This document shows positions 41,024 through 43,739 of a stretch of 43,739 nt of DNA, in pieces; positions within the stretch are counted from its first letter, which is position 1, and the number at the start of each line of letters is the position of its first letter. The DNA is from a virus, in IMG/VR virus record IMGVR_UViG_3300033148_003279, positions 1-43,739 of that record, one strand, 5' to 3'. Position numbers and translations under genes: made by a program. The notes below the pieces were generated by a model. The model was not told where the DNA came from, did not search any database, and was given only the letters and a program-made list of their open reading frames with translations.

Positions 41024-41224
41024 ATGACCAGAGTATTGTGCGATAAGTATGATTGCAAGTGGAACAGCAAGCGAGGAGAGCATAATCCCTTAGAACCAGG
41101 ACAATGCGAAGCAAATGAGATCGAGCTTGCTTGCATCGATACCTCAGCAAACATGCTCGAATGTTATAGTTTTTGGAAGATGCAAAGAGAGAAAGGAGGA
41201 GAGAATGACTCTGAAGTGCAGTAA
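41024..41224 (+). CDS. Cys-rich small protein, DUF1540-like (paralog of 34679..35011)
   Basis: LCDKYDCKWN...QCEANEIEL...LECYSFW. SD aggagagg. Confidence 0.5.
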   Translation: MTRVLCDKYDCKWNSKRGEHNPLEPGQCEANEIELACIDTSANMLECYSFWKMQREKGGENDSEVQ

Positions 41225-41435
41225 ATGCGGATCCTTCTTCTCATCAAAAGATGGAGGATTCAGATGTCAAGAATGCGAGCGTGCGTTCTGCCCAGAGTGC
41301 GAGGAAGAGCAAAGGAGGAATGTAGACAGGCTTTTTGGCACAATGAGTGAGTCCTTGACAATGGTTCGCTGTGAGGCTTGTGCTAGGGCGAAGCTGTTAG
41401 AAGCAGTATTTCATAAGCAAGGAGAAAGAAGATGA
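41205..41435 (+). CDS. zinc-finger small protein (76 aa)
   Basis: CSKCG..CQEC..CPEC..CEAC. SD aaaggagg. Confidence 0.55.
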   Translation: MTLKCSKCGSFFSSKDGGFRCQECERAFCPECEEEQRRNVDRLFGTMSESLTMVRCEACARAKLLEAVFHKQGERR

Positions 41436-41632
41436 GCCCAGACTCGCATCTGATAGCATCCATCAACCACCTGGGCCGCGACCACGTGGCATATTTGCTC
41501 GACGACTGGCCTGCTCGCATAGGGACCGCTTATACATGGTTGGCGAGTAGTATAGACGACCTCCGAGCATACGTCCAACTGCTGGAGGCCGGACCAGCCG
41601 CCATCCGCGCGGCACTGGAAACAGGAGACTAA
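41432..41632 (+). CDS. hypothetical protein (66 aa)
   Basis: ORF track. SD aaggag. Confidence 0.55.
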   Translation: MSPDSHLIASINHLGRDHVAYLLDDWPARIGTAYTWLASSIDDLRAYVQLLEAGPAAIRAALETGD

Positions 41633-41638
41633 ACCACA

Positions 41639-41818
41639 ATGACTACGAATGTCCCAAGCTGGTGGATTTACGAGATACGTCATCCATGCGGGCAAAAACG
41701 GATCGTGCAAGCGATGCATCCTTGCGATAAGGAAGTGGAGCGCCTCAAGCGGATCCATGAGCAATGCTGCTCGGATTGCATCCGCCTTCGGGACAAAACA
41801 AGAAGGAAAGGAATATGA
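41639..41818 (+). CDS. possible small Cys-containing protein (59 aa)
   Basis: Below the track cutoff. Reads MTTNVPSWWIYEIRHPCGQKRIVQAMHPCDKEVERLKRIHEQCCSDCIRL. Weak SD. Confidence 0.4.
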   Translation: MTTNVPSWWIYEIRHPCGQKRIVQAMHPCDKEVERLKRIHEQCCSDCIRLRDKTRRKGI

Positions 41819-41819
41819 C

Positions 41820-42020
41820 ATGGATAATGTGGTCTTTGTGGACAGGCTCCCAAGGTGCGACTTCTGTGGAGATGAAGCGCACTATGAGGGACAGACGATC
41901 TTTGGCCTATGGGGATACATGTGCCTATTCGACTTTGCAGATTTCGGTGTAGGGCTCGGACTCGGCAAAGGACAAGAACTCAGGCTAAGAGATGCACAAA
42001 AACAGGAGAACACGACATGA
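41820..42020 (+). CDS. small protein (66 aa, MDNVVFVDRLPRCDFCGDEAHYEG...)
   Basis: SD aaggaaagg lies before ATG 41820. The 5' part of track ORF 41649 overlaps the previous gene. Confidence 0.5.
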   Translation: MDNVVFVDRLPRCDFCGDEAHYEGQTIFGLWGYMCLFDFADFGVGLGLGKGQELRLRDAQKQENTT

Positions 42021-42103
42021 AGGTCCGAATGTTTTTCGAGAAGTGGCCGCTTGATCCCATCGTGACCGAGATCAGTATCGACCTTTAGAAAGGAGAGGCG
42101 AAG

Positions 42104-42364
42104 ATGATACAATACTATACACGTTCCGGTCATGAGGTAGCGGAAGAGCAGGTCCGCCGTACGAAACAGGAGTACATCGAAGGCAAACGCGCCGGACGCC
42201 TCCCTGCGGATCGCGTCAACAGCATGACTTTGCCCCAGTTTTGTCGATGGTCGGGTGAATACACGTACCGACTTGTAGATAAAGAAATGCCTAAGAGAAT
42301 GGCACAGCTCGCACGGCTCATGGAGAGTCGAAAAGGAGATAAAGATGACAAAGCGAAGCGCTGA
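42104..42364 (+). CDS. hypothetical protein (86 aa)
   Basis: ORF track. SD aaaggagagg. Confidence 0.55.
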   Translation: MIQYYTRSGHEVAEEQVRRTKQEYIEGKRAGRLPADRVNSMTLPQFCRWSGEYTYRLVDKEMPKRMAQLARLMESRKGDKDDKAKR

Positions 42365-42689
42365 TGACAAAGACCAAGCCTTGAATGCGCTGATAAAAGA
42401 CGCAATCAAATGGAATAAGGAGATAAAGTCAAAGCTCGATGAGAAAGATCAACCTTTGGAGAGCCTCATGCAGTATGCAATTGACGTGAGGCGCCGCGCA
42501 GACGAATGTCAGCGTTACGTAAATCACACCACCGATGGCATCATAGGGCGGCCGGAGGGAGTGGAATCACCAAAAGAAGAATCTTTCGTACCTGTGGAAT
42601 CAGCGGAGGGACAGATACATCAAGCGCTCGAAGGCATCGATCGTGCCCTGTGGTTGATCGAGAAGGATTTGGATCGGCTCTATGTATGA
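42345..42689 (+). CDS. hypothetical protein (114 aa), tandem paralog A
   Basis: SD aaggag. Similar to 42769..43050 throughout. Confidence 0.55.
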   Translation: MTKRSADDKDQALNALIKDAIKWNKEIKSKLDEKDQPLESLMQYAIDVRRRADECQRYVNHTTDGIIGRPEGVESPKEESFVPVESAEGQIHQALEGIDRALWLIEKDLDRLYV

Positions 42690-42768
42690 CTGATGTGCAG
42701 CACCTGCCTGCTGGTATGTAGGTATGATTGCAGCAAAGCATGATTTCAGGTGGAACAAGGAGATAAAG

Positions 42769-43050
42769 ATGACAAAGTCAATCATCGACGAGAAAGCTCA
42801 GGGTTTGAACGTCCTCGTGAAATACGCAATCAAGGTACAGGATCAAGCAAACGAATGTGCGGGTTTGGCAAAGGGCGTCGTTGATGCCATCGTGGGGCCG
42901 GAGCCGGAAGAAGTAAAAGTAGTGAAAGGGGATTCTTCTCAGCTCGTGCCTCAGCCCTTGCCTCAGTCGGTGTACGGGCAGATACTCCAAGCGCTCGACG
43001 GCATCGAATGCGCCCTGTGTTCGATCACGGAGTATATCGAGCGACTATAG
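42769..43050 (+). CDS. hypothetical protein (93 aa), tandem paralog B
   Basis: Same aaggagataaagATGacaaag start context as paralog A. Confidence 0.55.
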   Translation: MTKSIIDEKAQGLNVLVKYAIKVQDQANECAGLAKGVVDAIVGPEPEEVKVVKGDSSQLVPQPLPQSVYGQILQALDGIECALCSITEYIERL

Positions 43051-43116
43051 GACTGATGTGCAGCAAATGTATCCGCGTCGTATGAAAGTAGTCTGCAGAA
43101 ATGGCAGGAGACCAAA

Positions 43117-43739
43117 ATGCTGCTCTACAAAGTTCTTATGAATAATAGATCGTGCCACGGTGGGGACATAGAGTATCCACCACCAGGCGTTTGGACGCCA
43201 GACGAAACTCCCTGTATCTGCGGGTCAGGTTATCATTTGACAAGCGATCCCCTGTTTTGGTGGGTGCCTCATGCTGAACTATGGTTAGCCGAGCCTGATG
43301 GCCTGATGAGTAGTGATCAGCAAGGCAAGGCAGCATTCACCCGTGTGCGGCTTGTTGAACGAATCACGCGGGACTGGAAGTACCTGCCTTTATTCCCGCG
43401 TGTCCGTGCATTTCTGGCCGCGTCCCTGCGTTCGGATGATCCAAATGCGGATATATCGTGGGCGAAGCTTGCGTGGGCGAAGCTGGAGGGGGCGGACCTT
43501 ACAGGGGCGAGGCTGGAGGGGGTGGACCTTACAGGGGCGAACCTTATAGGGGCGAACCTTGCGGGAGCAAACCTTGCGTGGGCGGACCTTACGGAGGCGC
43601 GCTTTGCGGGGGCGGACCTTTCAGAAGCGAATCTTACGGGAGCGAACCTTTCAGGAGCAGACCTTTCAGGAGCGAATCTTACGGGAGCAAATCTTACGAG
43701 GGCGGACCTTACGGATGCGAAGCTTGCAGGGGCGAGGCT
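43117..43739 (+). CDS. pentapeptide-repeat protein with a distinct ~100-aa N-terminal domain. Open at the window edge; it continues to base 148 after circularisation.
   Basis: Read by hand: [26 protein letters not shown]...[17 protein letters not shown]..., then a run of A(D/N)L.x pentapeptides ([33 protein letters not shown]...). Confidence 0.75.
   Translation, partial: MLLYKVLMNNRSCHGGDIEYPPPGVWTPDETPCICGSGYHLTSDPLFWWVPHAELWLAEPDGLMSSDQQGKAAFTRVRLVERITRDWKYLPLFPRVRAFLAASLRSDDPNADISWAKLAWAKLEGADLTGARLEGVDLTGANLIGANLAGANLAWADLTEARFAGADLSEANLTGANLSGADLSGANLTGANLTRADLTDAKLAGAR
43626..43739. repeat. Right copy of the 114-bp terminal direct repeat
   Basis: Identical to bases 1-114. The pentapeptide ORF stays in frame across the join. 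Confidence 0.9.

Overview
This window is a complete dsDNA phage genome of about 43.6 kb. Bases 1-114 are identical to 43626-43739, so the contig closes on itself (a circular assembly, or terminal redundancy). Genes are tightly packed, have strong Shine-Dalgarno sites and often overlap start-to-stop (ATGA/TGATG). Two arms diverge from a 1.35-kb non-coding region (32.75-34.09 kb) rich in repeats, DnaA boxes and AT. They converge at 9717-9748. The minus arm (32626 down to 9717) carries terS, terL, a tailspike with two beta-helix modules, small tail and membrane proteins, portal, scaffold and an HK97-type capsid. It continues with an adaptor, a nozzle, a GNAT-like protein and internal/ejection proteins including a 1335-aa core protein. 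The order is podovirus/T7-like, but I recognise no phage RNA polymerase, primase or replicative helicase. The plus arm (34095, across the junction, to 9748) starts with about 25 small early genes. These are followed by a Cas4-like nuclease, an amidoligase plus class-II glutamine amidotransferase pair, and a pentapeptide-repeat protein that spans the junction. Then come an AAA_24/Sak4-like ATPase, a ParB-methyltransferase fusion and a UDG-like/PolA polymerase. The arm ends with a DUF4406-like protein, a degenerate HNH protein, a P-loop-like ATPase and a stand-alone NrdD glycyl-radical-domain-like protein. The most striking feature is a 25-bp near-palindrome, AGTTTCTTCAAA-S-TTTGAAAAAACT. It has 11 full copies and 2 partial ones. 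All but one sit in gene junctions on both arms, 13-55 nt upstream of a start codon, and a small asymmetry follows the direction of the local genes. Other points of interest are the origin-like region inside a CpG-rich island of distinct composition, several paralogous small Cys-rich proteins and repeat-bearing virion proteins. All family assignments come from reading motifs by eye; no database search was run.
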